DNA of 63,501 bases, filler included, from Corallochytrium limacisporum Hawaii (Eukaryota > Protista > Pluriformea): the NCBI GenBank assembly GCA_002811645.1. It is 8 parts of 8 records of this genome, joined end to end, with 100 filler letters (N's around TTAATTAATTAA, not from the genome) between each part and the next. Parts side by side here need not be neighbours in the genome. Positions count along the whole stretch, not along the records: positions 32,011 to 50,434 come from PDIP01000058.1; 7 more parts are not named here. One strand, written 5' to 3'. This document shows positions 33,019-45,727 of the stretch, piece after piece. Position numbers and translations under genes: made by a program. Below the pieces are notes generated by a model. It saw only the letters and a list, made by a program, of their open reading frames with translations. It was not told the origin of the DNA and did no database searches. Within the stretch, counting starts at the first letter, position 1, and the number at the start of each line of letters is the position of its first letter.

Positions 33019-35208
33019 ATGAAAGTTACCGTCACTGACGGCGATCAACTTCATGAATACGAAGCTCATGAGGATGGGACGGATTTCACAAGTAAACAAT
33101 CCGTCGATTCTGAGTATGACCCTGACGTCGATGACACAGAAGACCTGGTCATTACCTTCCGTGTTATAGTTGTAGGTACGCTACTTAACTTCCTGTGGTC
33201 ATACATCAACCAGATTGGCAATTACCGTACTGTTAGTTTTTCTCTTGATAGTTCCGTGGCATATCTCTTTTCCTATGTTATCCTTCAGTGGTTGGCCAAT
33301 GTGGTACCATCTTACAAGTTACGAATTGGCAATTACAGCATTGACACAAACCCGGGTCCTTTCGGTGTTCGCGAGCATGTCATGGTTGGTCTGGTCACCT
33401 CCGATGCGATTAATGGTGCCTATGTTGCGAACACTCTGTACTTCATGGAAGAGAAGCTTGGCCAAAACATCGGCTGGTTCGGTGATTTTATGCTGATTCT
33501 GTGTACTAAGATGATAGGTTACGGTCTGGCCGCTCTGTTCTACCGCTTCCTCATTATGGCCAGGGGCATGCCTTGGCCCACTGCTATTTACCAAGCTGAG
33601 ATATTCAAGATGCTTCACGAGGGCAGTCGTTCTCGTCTGAAAATCTTCTTCCTCATCTTCGTGGTCAGTCTGGTCTGGATGTGGGTCCCTGGCTTTTTCT
33701 GGCCTGGTCTCATTACTGTGTCCGTACTTTGTTGGATTGCGAATGGCCAGAACACCAGCCCAAACGGTCCCCTCCAGGTCATGGGTCGGGGTCTCACCCA
33801 GGGCTTTGGTTTGGGAACGTGGATGTTTGATTTGTCAGTCTTCACTGCCTATTATGGGTTTCTCATGTACGTTCCCGCCTGGCTCGGTTATAATGCAGTG
33901 GTCGGTGGCGTCATTTTCGCCTGGATTGCTGCTCCCATTGCCTACTTCACCAATTTTGCTAATAGCCAAAATTTTGACCCCAAGGGGCTTGGTCTGTACT
34001 TGGCGAATGGCACAGATTACCCAATTGATTTACTTTTTAACGATGCCCTCGAGTGGCAAGAGGACGTTTGGGACACATACGGATTTGCTTATCTCAGTGG
34101 CTTCAATTCCATTCAATACTTCTTCAGTTTCATGACACTGACTGCTGCCATCAGCCATACGCTGGTCTGGCACTGGGATGACATTGTAAGCGCGCTTGGA
34201 AAGGAAGATCAGACCAAATCAAAACATGCTATTGCCATGGAAAAATTGGGAAGGGCAGGCGGTGTTACCTATTGGTTTGGTGTTCTTTTCATTGCCGTCT
34301 TCACTGGTGCGTTCATTGGCACCAATTACGGTTACGGAATTGACATGCCTTGGTGGGCCGTAATTGTTTCGGTCGTATTGGCTGGTTTCTTCATGATTCC
34401 AATTGGTGCTGTATTTGCTGTAACTGGAAATGGGATTGGTTTGAACATTCTCTGTGAAGTAATTGGTGGTCTAATGCTCCACCACAATCCCAACGGCGCA
34501 ATCCTTGTGAAGGTTACTGGCTTCACGAGCATGTACCATGCTCTCATGCTGGTTCAGAATATGAAAGTATGCCAGTTCTTCAGAATCCACTACAGGAAAA
34601 TCCTGATGGTGCAGGCATGGGGTACGTTGGTAACCGCTTTGGCAGACACCACTGCCTACCGTAACGTTATGGACAACCATCTGACCGATGGATCCAATCC
34701 TGACTGGGACTCAACCGGTTTGCAAATCTATACAACTGCCTCCTACTTGTGGGGTGGCATTGGTCCGTATGAGGCATGGATAGCCCCTGAGTCTCCATAC
34801 CGTGGCCTGTTCTTCGGTGGATTGGTCGCTGGTTTAGTCTTACCAGTGGTCTTCTGGAGTCTGAGCCGCCGCTGGTCCATTTTCAAGAAGGTTCATGTGC
34901 CGATGATGTGTGTCATGAATGACCCCAGCATCACATCCTGGTTCTTGACCAGTTTCTCGATGGTGACCCTCTTCCAGGTGATCATGCCGAAGTACTTCCC
35001 CAACTTCTACAAGAAGAATCTGTACATTTCGGCTGCTGGTTTGATTGCCGGTCTGGGTCTTGGCTCCTTTATTATAGCCATGATAACAGGTTTTGGCCAC
35101 GTTAGCCTAGACAATTTACCAGAGTGGACAAATCCTGACGCTGGTTGTGGCCACATGAATCTACCAGCCGATGGCTGCAAGATAACTTCTGTTGGGGTCT
35201 GCTCGTAA
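33019..35208 (+). CDS. OPT-family oligopeptide transporter
   Basis: ITFRVIVVG, NPGPFGVREH, GYGLA, MPWW, SYLWGGIGP; many TM helices. Confidence 0.92.
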   Translation: MKVTVTDGDQLHEYEAHEDGTDFTSKQSVDSEYDPDVDDTEDLVITFRVIVVGTLLNFLWSYINQIGNYRTVSFSLDSSVAYLFSYVILQWLANVVPSYKLRIGNYSIDTNPGPFGVREHVMVGLVTSDAINGAYVANTLYFMEEKLGQNIGWFGDFMLILCTKMIGYGLAALFYRFLIMARGMPWPTAIYQAEIFKMLHEGSRSRLKIFFLIFVVSLVWMWVPGFFWPGLITVSVLCWIANGQNTSPNGPLQVMGRGLTQGFGLGTWMFDLSVFTAYYGFLMYVPAWLGYNAVVGGVIFAWIAAPIAYFTNFANSQNFDPKGLGLYLANGTDYPIDLLFNDALEWQEDVWDTYGFAYLSGFNSIQYFFSFMTLTAAISHTLVWHWDDIVSALGKEDQTKSKHAIAMEKLGRAGGVTYWFGVLFIAVFTGAFIGTNYGYGIDMPWWAVIVSVVLAGFFMIPIGAVFAVTGNGIGLNILCEVIGGLMLHHNPNGAILVKVTGFTSMYHALMLVQNMKVCQFFRIHYRKILMVQAWGTLVTALADTTAYRNVMDNHLTDGSNPDWDSTGLQIYTTASYLWGGIGPYEAWIAPESPYRGLFFGGLVAGLVLPVVFWSLSRRWSIFKKVHVPMMCVMNDPSITSWFLTSFSMVTLFQVIMPKYFPNFYKKNLYISAAGLIAGLGLGSFIIAMITGFGHVSLDNLPEWTNPDAGCGHMNLPADGCKITSVGVCS

Positions 35209-36241
35209 GCAAAGTATCCGTCACTTCCACGTCTGTGATTTACCCTTTCTACCGCGTTCACTATGTCTGTCACCCAAGGGGTTGCATTGGGGTAATGATC
35301 TGGACACTCCGTATCCTGAATGATTGAATAGACGCCTATAGGCAGAAATAAAATGTTTGTACCTAAGAGTTTCTGAACCCACGACTCATACGTCTCTCGC
35401 ACGTTTTTCCACAGACACTACTTGGAATTTAGGTCACTTGATCGGGCCCCGCCCTCGACATTCCCACAAAGCTGTTTCGTTCCCCCGCCAGCCAGAAGAC
35501 CTAGAAAATTCAGCGACGTCCCCGAAGCAGCAGTGACCCTTGTCGTCTTCCGTGGTGCCAAGCCAAGAATAGCGGCTCCCCTTCCCCTCCAGCACCTCAG
35601 CGGATCCGAACCCTGTCAAGGACACATTTCGTAGTTGCGCGGTTCCAAAATTTCCCGTTACTGGGTAGGGACGCCGGGGTTGTAGGAAGGGTCTTCAAGA
35701 GTGAGCCAGAAATGATCCTTTAACCGGGTCCTAACTACGGTTGGGGGAAGGGGCGAGTTTTTCTTCGTCCCAAACGGGACCTCACATTTCGGAGGAGTTG
35801 ACTGGGGCCAATCGATTTCCATACTCACGTAGTCAATCACAATGGTGGAGAAACGAAGTCTTCGTTGGTGGAGGAGAGGTGATAGCTTCACGAGAACACC
35901 CGGTCCGCTCACCTGTCGGAGAGGGACACCCCGATAAGCTGATGAACACATGGTTCTAGCGGTAATGGTAAGTCTGCTACACCAGCCCTTGTCTCGTTAC
36001 GTATCGTGACCTGTACTCTTTGGGTCAATAAGCAATAGGACAGAGGCAGATAGCATGTTCCGGATTTCACCGCGGTAGCTGCACCAACCATCAACGTTAG
36101 GAAAGCCCACACGAATTGCAAAACAGGCGAATGTGGTGTTTAAGAATCACAGTTTCCTGCTTGACCGTGAAGTACCTTTTAGTAGCAAGTTTCTATGTAA
36201 ATCTTCCACCTCCAGAGGCGTTAAGGAAGTGCCTCCGCATT

Positions 36242-37324
36242 ATGCGCCGCCAACCTGGGTTTCTGTGGTTGATTCTGGCCTGCTTGGTCACCGTCCTTGA
36301 CTGCTTTGCTGCCCCCCCTCAAGGTTTTACCGATCTCGATCTTGAAATCAAATCCATTTCAGACTTCGATACAGAAGGCTCCGGCAGTGATAACCAGAAT
36401 GAACGCAACATGCTATTCGCCGGTCCGATTATCGGGATCATGACTGAACCTTCTGTCGCTCCATATAATGACAAAGGAGATCAATACATTGCCGGTCCAA
36501 TAGTAAAATGGATTGAGGCAGCAGGTGGTCGCGTAGTTCCGATCCCGTACGATGGACCTACAGAACACTTGGAATTCCTGTTAGACCGTATCAATGGGTT
36601 GGTATTTCCAGGTGGTGCCGGTGAGCCAGTACCAGGCACAGCTTGGTACAACACTGGAGTGATTGTTCTGGACAAAGTAAAAGAGTTTCACGAGCAAGGC
36701 AAACACTTCCCTGTCTTTGGAATCTGTCTTGGATTTGAACTCCTGGTAAATGTTTCCGCACAACAGAATGTGTTGGGAAACCTAAACGCCACAAACGTGA
36801 ATCTTCCCCTCAATTTTGTCCAGAACTACCGTAGTTCTCGACTCTTCCATGGAGCTCCTGCTTCCGTGATTGAAGCTTATGCACTCCAAAGTGGTACCAG
36901 TAATAATCACCTGTATGGTGTCCACTTGGACCGTTTCGAAACCCTGCCAGCACTGAACAACTTTTGGAACTTGATTAGCACTTCCACAGATCTAAACCAC
37001 CAACCATTCGTCTCCACAATTGAATCTGAAGAATATCCGATATGGGCAGTACAGTGGCATCCTGAGAAACCACAGTTTGATTGGGAACCTTCGGGAAACA
37101 TTGCTCACGACCCAGGCGCGATTGCCGCCTGTCAGTGGTTAGCAAACTTCTTCATCGGTGAAGCACGGAAGAATCATAGCCATTTTAATACTGTGAACCA
37201 GCTCAACAAGTACCTGATCTACAATTACCCAGCCTCATTCTATGGTCGCTCTGATCCAACCTATGAGCAGGTGTATGTATTTAATCTCCATGATCTCATT
37301 CGTCCAACTTGTCTGACATGTTGA
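36242..37324 (+). CDS. GGH: Gamma-glutamyl hydrolase (peptidase C26), secreted or lysosomal
   Basis: Signal peptide; PIIGI, VKWIEAAGGRVVP, GICLGFE (nucleophile Cys), VQWHPEK. Confidence 0.92.
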   Translation: MRRQPGFLWLILACLVTVLDCFAAPPQGFTDLDLEIKSISDFDTEGSGSDNQNERNMLFAGPIIGIMTEPSVAPYNDKGDQYIAGPIVKWIEAAGGRVVPIPYDGPTEHLEFLLDRINGLVFPGGAGEPVPGTAWYNTGVIVLDKVKEFHEQGKHFPVFGICLGFELLVNVSAQQNVLGNLNATNVNLPLNFVQNYRSSRLFHGAPASVIEAYALQSGTSNNHLYGVHLDRFETLPALNNFWNLISTSTDLNHQPFVSTIESEEYPIWAVQWHPEKPQFDWEPSGNIAHDPGAIAACQWLANFFIGEARKNHSHFNTVNQLNKYLIYNYPASFYGRSDPTYEQVYVFNLHDLIRPTCLTC

Positions 37325-38062
37325 GATCAGCTGGTCTCTCTGTGAACAAACTCGCGCTCCCTTTCCCCATCCAAATTCTACCCGAACCTTTGTGAAAGCT
37401 TCAGAAGTTGGTCAGGTATCACCGCCCACCCAGTGACCACTTGAAATCCAGCCATTGTAAGAGCTACACACGATCAATTTTGGGGGGTCGCGAATTGTAA
37501 AGGCCGGGAAAGATTCGATATCGCAATCGATCCCCCAGCAAAAACTAAAAACGGGATCTTTCCAAAGTGGTTCTTCGATACCCAAATTGTCTTCGCCACA
37601 TGGTGTTCACAATCCTCCATATCGTCATCAGGTTCATGATCAGCACTTAATTTACACGTATCACTAGTTTAGCACTCTCCTCTGCAGGGTTCTAGGCAAT
37701 TTACATAGGTCCAGAATTAGTTGGTGATGGAAGCTGTATCATATGGTATAAAATCAAAGTGTTTTAAACACCATCATCTTAAGGCAACGAAAGGTGCTAT
37801 TCTTGTCCTCCATTGTACTCTCAAAATCGATGTCGGCAGGTGGCAAACAATCATTGCCCGAGGCTGCATGTTTACCTCACCATGCAGAGGCAAGGGCCTA
37901 GCAGTATTACGTTTCCAAGTCAAAATGTCCAAGTGGAGACTATGGGGGGACAATTCCTGCTCGTCCTCTATTGCAATTGACGGGGGTTCCACAAAAGGTG
38001 ATTCCCTGTGCCAAAGAAAGAAAGTCATGAAGGGTCCAGCTTCACACTCGAGATGAAGCCCG

Positions 38063-38437
38063 TCACACCCCTACCGGGTCGCTGCCGTACCAATCAACAC
38101 AGAAGTAGGAAGGGTAGTAAAAGGAACCAGTATTCTGGCAGGAGTAGCCTTCACAGCAGTCATTGTTATTCGGGTCCGGGTTGCACCCTTGACTGCCGCC
38201 AGGCACGCATGTGACACACCTGAAATCGGCTTCCCACGAGCTTTGAGGTGCTAAATCCTGACAAGACAATCTTTCACCATCGGGGTCGTCGCAACACTGG
38301 TTAGCAGTTTTCTAGGTGGGGCCGTCGCACTGAGCGTCTGCGGCCAGGCATTCAGTGGGAGCGGCGTTTGTGCTGGTCGCCAGGAGGACGCAGCTGAAAA
38401 TCAAAGCTGCACATCCAGTCTTTAGTCCTGCCTTCAT
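38063..38437 (-). pseudogene. Secreted Cys-rich protein gene with one in-frame TAG
   Basis: ORFs 38312-38512 and 38063-38269 share a frame; joined they read signal peptide-CLAADAQCDGPT*KTANQCCDDPDG...CVPGGSQGC...CCEGYSC. Confidence 0.7.
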
Positions 38438-38534
38438 GTTTGTCAAGTTCGCATGCAAATGATACTTTGCGACGGTGTGATCCTCTAGATCGCTAAGCCT
38501 ATGGGATGACAATCTACAAGATCTTTCTCAGGGT

Positions 38535-38544
38535 CTTTTATAGC
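38535..38544 (-). promoter_or_regulatory. Canonical TATA box (GCTATAAAAG)
   Basis: About 98 bp upstream of ATG 38437. Confidence 0.45.
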
Positions 38545-39631
38545 ATGCTCATCCCTGACATCAATTCTGCTCAGGCTCCTGCGTCGAACCACCACATCGC
38601 GGAGATACAGTACTCGCGGAAGGTCTCCGAGAGGTCTCGTGTTCTTCGACAGAGTCAATTTCTAGCGGACTGAATACTCCGCATCGTCTCTGTCGGATGA
38701 CCAGCCGTCTGGCTCGTCCATCTGATCTATGCAGACCCACCTACACAACTCGGGTCATTCCTTAATCCTCCCAGTATACCACTTCATCCGCACTTGGCCT
38801 TTTCTTGTCAACGCTCTTCCCGGTTTGTATGCAAAAGACTCTTTGTGGCCGGATGCCGTTTCATTGTTGGCTACTAAGACGGCAGAGCTACTCACCAGGT
38901 CGCGTTTCAGAGATAAGTTTCCAAGATTGCTCAATGAGTTTCGCAATAACAGCGGCCGTATGCGCATGGACTGTGTCGTCGCCCGCCGATGGCGGAGGAC
39001 GGAATGGAGCACGAAGCAGACGTGCGCGGTCCTCGAATTTCCGAACTAGGCAAGTTTTGTGTGCAGCTGGGCATAGATATTTTCTATAGATAAGTTCGTA
39101 GAATGAAAAGCAGCAGCCTGGATTAATTTCATATTCATGCAGTGCAAATGGACAGAGAGCGCAGGTTGGACTAAGGAAGCAACGATAGTACAACCGTTCA
39201 CAAGCGCATGTGAGCGGACGCTTCCTTTACAATATATGAATATTGACTATGGATTAGACTTATCAACAGGCGACGCTAAGTCTATGTCGGCGGATCTGCG
39301 ATGAAGGAATGTTAACGAGGAAAAAACCAGCGAAAAATTGAATAATGACAACCCAAATATGAGCTTCAATATGGTGAGGCGCTCTTTAGTGAGCGTACCA
39401 GTTGTAAAATGAACGAGATCGGACTCCGTTTCTTTAAACACCACACCAACGAATTTCCATAAACCAACTGGTGAACATTCTGCTGCGCGCGGTGTCGTGG
39501 ATGCTGTAATTGGCAGAAGCCGAAACGAGGAACCATTTGGTTAGCCGAGGACATTGCCCAGTTCCGTAAATATACGGTGCGCAGTTATACGGTCAGCAGT
39601 ACAGGGTTATAGCGTTATTGCTATGTCACCG

Positions 39632-40440
39632 TTAAGATAGATATTGTCTCCACTGGCCCTTCCTCTCATTTGACCGTGGTAACCATTTGTGTGTAGCAGG
39701 TATTACCCGTGTCGCCACCGTTAAAAATATCATCGAAAGGAGTGAGAAATAGTTGGAGTTGCTCTTTGTCATAGACGATGAAATCCACTGCATCTTTTGA
39801 CGCGCGAGCCACAAAGTAATTGACCCCTCTGATGGAGTGACCGTCAGGCATAGTGCCATCAGTGGCACCGGGGTGACCTATACTGTTCGTGCCACCAGGG
39901 TACTGCACACATTGTTGCCGGGACATACCAGGAAGGGAGGGCTGAAAAATTGTGTTACGTTCTCTTCAATGGATATGGACAGCAGATCTCTCCTTCCGGA
40001 AAGTAAGATCACGTTGGTAATCTGAAGTCTGTGAGGTAGGATTCCACAATCATTGCACTCACAGAAGTCTGAATAAAGCGTACCGTGTTGGTGGCTTCAT
40101 CGTATATGTAATATAGATTCCATGTGTCTTCTTTGATGCCATATTCTTCAGGGTCGAGCTGAGAAAAGACGGCATCGGAGCCACCGCCAGAGAACATGAT
40201 GTCATTATCTGGTGAGTCGTCGCCGGCCTCATTGCCGACGATGATGTCGTCTCCGCTGCCGCCATGGAGCTCTATCACTGCCACGGCCTCCAGAGATATG
40301 GTCATCGCCAAGTTCGCCGAACACAGTATCATTGCTTTTTCCAGCGACGAAAACTTCGTATTCCCGCCAGTCGGATAAATACTCAGTGTCTTGATGTGGA
40401 AGGTGTCCCTGATCTCATGGGCCTCATCCCAGATGACGAT
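39632..40440 (-). pseudogene. Fragmented gene with RTX/hemolysin-type Ca-binding repeats
   Basis: LHGGSGDDIIVGNEAGDD, DIMFSGGGSDAV and TPFDDIFNGGD spread over broken frames. Confidence 0.5.
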
Positions 40441-40907
40441 AGGGCCAAGGACCCGTCCCGCGAACCCCCAACGGATTAATGAAGGGGGACAACACTACCC
40501 ACCCCCGGGGGGGGGGAGCGGGTGGCCAGGAGAACGGGGAAATCCAATGCGAAACAGAAACAGCAAAGTAGGAAAGGAAAACTGAAAGGATTGACCACTG
40601 CCAACGAACCCCTGCGTGAAAATTTTTTCGGGGCGGGTATGGGTACCCGTGCTTGCACGGTCGCTAGCCACCGCAAGTTGCCTCCTTTGGCCGGGCTTTA
40701 TTGTGTGTCAACCACAATGAATGGCTACTCACCCTAAGCAATGTCGTCCCCCAAGTGGTACTCCTGCTATTAAAATCTCTTACTTGCCATCCTGTCTCTT
40801 CGTGTTACGACATTTTCATGTTCACACAGTGGTCCTTTTATCTTCAGAAGCAACGAAGTCAATGGAGGTACACAGACACGGAGGATCACACAAAAGGAAG
40901 AGGGCAA

Positions 40908-42296
40908 ATGAGTAAGACGATTGCCTACGTCGCCATTGCAGCCCTCGGTCTGGGCTTTTTAGCAGTCCATGCTCTGGGATCTTGCAAGAAATGGACGGAT
41001 GAACCACACCGTAAACACCTCAAGGTCAGCGCCTGTGATGACAGGTTCGCCAAGGTTCTCGACCTGTTCCGCAGGCGCATCGAAAGCGGAGAGGACCTTG
41101 GAGGCTCCGTATGCATCTGGGTAGATGGCAAATGCGTTGTCGATGCCGTGGGCGGTTCCACCTCGAACGGCACCCCTGTCATGGAAGACACCCTTGGCAT
41201 GGTTTTTAGCGCCACTAAGATCCAGACATCGCTAGTTATCGCCATGCTGGTCGACCGCGGTCTGCTCGACTACGATCGGCCAATCTGCCACTATTGGCCC
41301 GAATTCGCGAAGAATGGAAAAGAAAAGATTACTGTTGGCGAGTTGATGACGCACAAGGCTGGCCTTGCGGTCGTTGATGAGCCGCTCCGGGATCCGACAC
41401 TGCTCTACAAGCACCGCCGTGCGGAATTACGCAAGTTTTTGGAGCGTCAGAAGCCGTGTGGCTACGGTGAGACATTCTACCATCCTTTCATGCGTGGTAT
41501 CTACGCCTCACAGCTTGTTGAAATGGTCGATCCCAAAAGACGAACCCTGGGCGAGTTTTACAGGGACGAAGTCGCACAGCTTCTCGACGTGGATTTCCAC
41601 ATTGGCACCTTGCCACTATCCGAAGAGGACCGCGTCGTAGTCGTTCATGGGCCTCCGGCCTGGTACGAGAACTATGTCATCTTAGCACAGCTCAGGCCGC
41701 CTCTGGTATGGTCAAGCACGCTGCGCCGTCTCTTCAGTCCAAAGGAATGGCTGTCTCAGACGGACATCGAGGTAAGGTTTGCATTTGGAACGGAGGGCAG
41801 CCTTGGCTGGCGGTCCACCTCCGGGGTCCTGCCTTGCTCCGAGGATGGAAGAAACCTGGACCTGATCCGGGCACAAGCGCCCATCTTCACCCGTGGAGAG
41901 TGGCCGTGCAGCCATGGCCTTGGAAACGCACGCGCAATGGCTACCGTCGGTGCAGCGTTGGCGTGCAATGGAGCGCTGAATGGTAAGCGCCTACTATCGG
42001 AAGAGTTCCTGCGGTCGCAAGCGTACCGTTCCGACGACGGTGAGGTCTGGGATGGAAATCTCCACCGTAAAGTCGACGTTAACCAGCCAGGGTGGTCTCA
42101 CTATGAATCGTACATGAATGGGGGGATAGAGGGCTACGGAGGGATGGGATACGGCGGCTCCTACCTCATCTGGCACCCGAAGTTCAAGATGTCATTCTCT
42201 TATGTGCCCATGAGCTCGTCAAATGCGCGAAGCCTTTACGACTACCGGGGTAGTGACCTGCTGAAGATGACATATGAGATCCTTCGGTCACAATAA
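40908..42296 (+). CDS. Serine hydrolase of the beta-lactamase class C/esterase family with N-terminal anchor
   Basis: FSATK (SxxK), YWPEF..NGKEKITV, LMTHKAGL, FYHP. Confidence 0.9.
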   Translation: MSKTIAYVAIAALGLGFLAVHALGSCKKWTDEPHRKHLKVSACDDRFAKVLDLFRRRIESGEDLGGSVCIWVDGKCVVDAVGGSTSNGTPVMEDTLGMVFSATKIQTSLVIAMLVDRGLLDYDRPICHYWPEFAKNGKEKITVGELMTHKAGLAVVDEPLRDPTLLYKHRRAELRKFLERQKPCGYGETFYHPFMRGIYASQLVEMVDPKRRTLGEFYRDEVAQLLDVDFHIGTLPLSEEDRVVVVHGPPAWYENYVILAQLRPPLVWSSTLRRLFSPKEWLSQTDIEVRFAFGTEGSLGWRSTSGVLPCSEDGRNLDLIRAQAPIFTRGEWPCSHGLGNARAMATVGAALACNGALNGKRLLSEEFLRSQAYRSDDGEVWDGNLHRKVDVNQPGWSHYESYMNGGIEGYGGMGYGGSYLIWHPKFKMSFSYVPMSSSNARSLYDYRGSDLLKMTYEILRSQ

Positions 42297-45200
42297 ACCT
42301 ATGTTGGTACAATCATCATGGTCCGAAGCATGCCGCACACGCGGGAGTACGTGCAGGGAGTGTCCCTGACTGAACGAAAGCCCCTCTCGCACGGTATTGC
42401 TTTGAATTACATGCAAGATAAGACACTCAGTCTCGTTCGGCTGAAATGTTCGGCCCGGTGCTCTACACAGTGTGTCCTAAACCTACTCGTCCCTCCCCTT
42501 TCCTTTGCCCAGGACTTTTAAAAACTTTGCCCGGTTGCTTTCTCTTGCGGTTAAGAGTTTTGTGGGGAACAAAGGGGAAAAAAGGACACCTCCGGGGATT
42601 TTATAGGCCCTATTTCAGGAATGCCCCGGATATTTAAATAAACTTCCCCGTCAAAGAAAAAAGAAAAGAGAGGCAGAAGAGGGGGGGGAACACTAGGGAG
42701 ACTGTCAGTTTCGGTGTTGAGGGTCCAAATTTTCTTGTGTTTGATTGATTGTCTCTTTTCCTTTTTCCTTCCTAAAATAGGACAGCCCGGGATGAATTCT
42801 GAAAAGTCCAAGTGCCTGTGGAGGCCCCCTTCTCCTCTTGCCCCCTCCCCCCCCTCCGCACACACGCCCAAGGCGTCACCCGCACAGTCCTCGGACGCTC
42901 CTGGGTCCGCAAAGCTTAAAAGAAAAAAAAAAAGAGGAGAGTGGAAATGGGCCACTTCTCCCAAGCTGCGGCCACGCACCACATGAGAGACTGGCTTGGC
43001 ACTAAGAAAAAAAAAGGAAATAGAAAACACAACTTCAAAAAAATTCCCCAGTGTTGCTGGAACATTTTAAATGAAAAAGGGGTGAAATCCGAAGGCGTGG
43101 ATGCCCGCTTGTGACGTAGAACTGTGTCAACTTTGGCCAGGCGCTTGGGCCAATTTTTCCCTAAAGAGGGGTAGGGGTGGAAGGGATCTTCTCCCGGTAG
43201 GATTCGTGGGGACGGAACAGAAGTGAAAAAAAATTCTCAAATGCGAGCACGCCTGTTTGCGTCGCTTCCTCCCAGGTAGTAATAGATGAGGGTGGCCAAC
43301 GAAGGAATCCGGTACGGTACGGTTGGGTCCTCGAGGACAGCCGTGGCTGTGCAATCTGTAGAATCATTTGGTTATGGGGTCGGCCGGGTATTGTATTGGA
43401 GATTTAAAAGCGACAGGACTGGTTATCGGGCCGGTACACCTTTTGAGGCACACAGGTGCGTACGCATTACACAGATCAACGGTTGAACATGAACGTAGTA
43501 GGTGATGGACGGGCTCGGTCGATGGAATCTACATCTTTGAATGTTATCCACCGGTACACCCCAGTACAAGAGAGTCGGGGGCTCTCCGTCTCGCCCAGCA
43601 CTGTTCGTTCCTCTCTTCGCTGTGTGGGTATCCGTGTTGGCGTCTGCGTGTATCGTTGTGTCTGTATGCTGGTAGGTACGTGCGTACGAGTTCTGAAACG
43701 TTTCACCGGGACGAAGACCCCGGTTCCACGCCTGCAAAGCCAATGTAGGGGCGGCATTAATGCGAAGCACACTTTGCGGACGACGCCAATGAGCAACACA
43801 TCCATGCCTATTTCCAAGCGTATGGACTCAATACCAGTTTCTGCAGGCCTGGCAACTATATTGTGACGTCTGAGAAGGACGAGCCGATAGTGACTCATAC
43901 TGAAGGAGAAAATTCAAGGCTCAAGCATATAGGGGCCGTATTTGGAAGGATCAGAACAACCGGGCCCTAGTTGCGTACACCAAGCACGGCAACTGCTCCA
44001 TCTCTGCATGCGACATGCAGCGAGCATGCAGAACTGGGAAAACAAACTGTGATGATTATGCTTCCTTTTCAAACTTTCGTGGATGGAGGCATGGGGGCGG
44101 GTTGGCGGGCGTATCTAAATCTTGCGTATTTCACTCCTGCGGCATCTCCTTCAACAGTCGAGCCCTCCAAGTCCACGTTGTGGATGGGAATTACGTGTGC
44201 TCAGGAATTAGCTGCTGGGGCTGTCCACCTACCATAGGAATTCTGAGCGCACAACGAGTTGTCATTGTTGATGTCAAATTGCGTAGAGTTGAAGTGTGTT
44301 TACCCGTGTGCCATGCTCATATCTTCACGCCCGCAGCCTCATTTGGAGTGCCGCACTAGTGATAACAGCCTTTAGTACAAGAAGCCTTGGGCATGGGCAT
44401 ATGCAATTTTATGACAACCACTCTCGTTCATAACAGGTGGGGCAGAGTGCAGAAGCCGCCCCGGAGCGCCCGTAGCCAGCCCTTAGTAAACCGGTATTCG
44501 TTGGAGAATCCATTTTTATTCTTATTCAGATGCTTCGTACTTGTTCCAGTAGCAACACAAACACTTCCATTGGCCATGTGTCACTTTGTCCAGGCGTGAA
44601 GACCCTGCAGTGCTCACAAGGGAACGCTCATGTGGCAGAATAGATTTGAAAACCATATTGTGATTATTCAATCTTACCGCAGAGTAGCGTGGAGGGGGTT
44701 GTTGAGGATTTTTCTTCAGGGGCTGCGTGAATGTGTGAGAGCCGGAGAGACGGGCAGAGAATGTGTGCATATGTGTGACTATGTGTGTGTGTGCGTGGTC
44801 TCTACGCTCGCTCTCGTCCAATCCTGGCTCCACTATCCATCGATAATAACTATACCACCTTCGACCGTCCGTAAAAGAAATTCCGCCAAAGGAAAAAAAA
44901 AAGGGTAGGATAATAAGACTAGCCACTTTGGGGCGCCGCTTGCGTAGTGTTAGCTTTTAAGAGCAAAAGAGGACGTTCTTCTTCACGGCACAAGTGAACC
45001 CCATGACTACGGCTTCACCATGTGTGCGACGCTTGCATCAAACGGTGGACACGCCCCGTCGTAGTCCCAGCACAAAGATGTGGCCATCGTACAAACCGTT
45101 TGAACAGGGACAGAACAAGTACAATGGCTGCCCCCTGTAAGCCACGTTTTTGGCAAAAGTCTGGGAGTTCAACCCAAGAAATTGGTACAGGGGCAATAGG

Positions 45201-45628
45201 GGCCACAGCCGTGGGCCTCAAGATACGCGGGGCCATCCAAGGGCTTAAACCCTCCCCCTCCCCACCCTCCCCCTTATTTTTTGGTCTCTAGATCAAGCCC
45301 ACTGCTTCGTGTCAACTGCTGCGAAAGAAGGGGAGGGGGGGGGGCCATTGCCGCCAGTTTTAAGGCGAGAGCGCGAAACGCTGTGCGTTTAAGAGTTTTG
45401 AGACACCGCGAAGCACACGCGATGATTGGGGAGAGGGAAAGCCAGCCCGGAGGGGAACCTATGTTGCTGGCCATCTGTACCATATTCGGATACACTGTCT
45501 GTTTATCGCCGCATGGAAGGATCCATGAGTTTGAGAGATGAAATGCCAAAGTGTGGTTGGACTGAAAATAAACACTACGTCAGTCCATAAGAAGTTGCTC
45601 TTGTCGGAATGCCAGGTTAGCCGTGTGA

Positions 45629-45638
45629 GGTATTTAAA
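45629..45638 (+). promoter_or_regulatory. GGTATTTAAA core-promoter motif
   Basis: About 90 bp upstream of ATG 45728. Confidence 0.5.
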
Positions 45639-45727
45639 GAGATCTGGCAGCACCCACTGAGACAACAAAAGATCTTTATTCATCGCACTGATTTTCTGTT
45701 CTGTTCTAGACATTTCCACTTACCATC

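Noticed and set aside
38312-38314. Stop codon reassignment
   Set aside because: TAG, TAA and TGA all end conserved genes here, and no conserved gene has internal stops.
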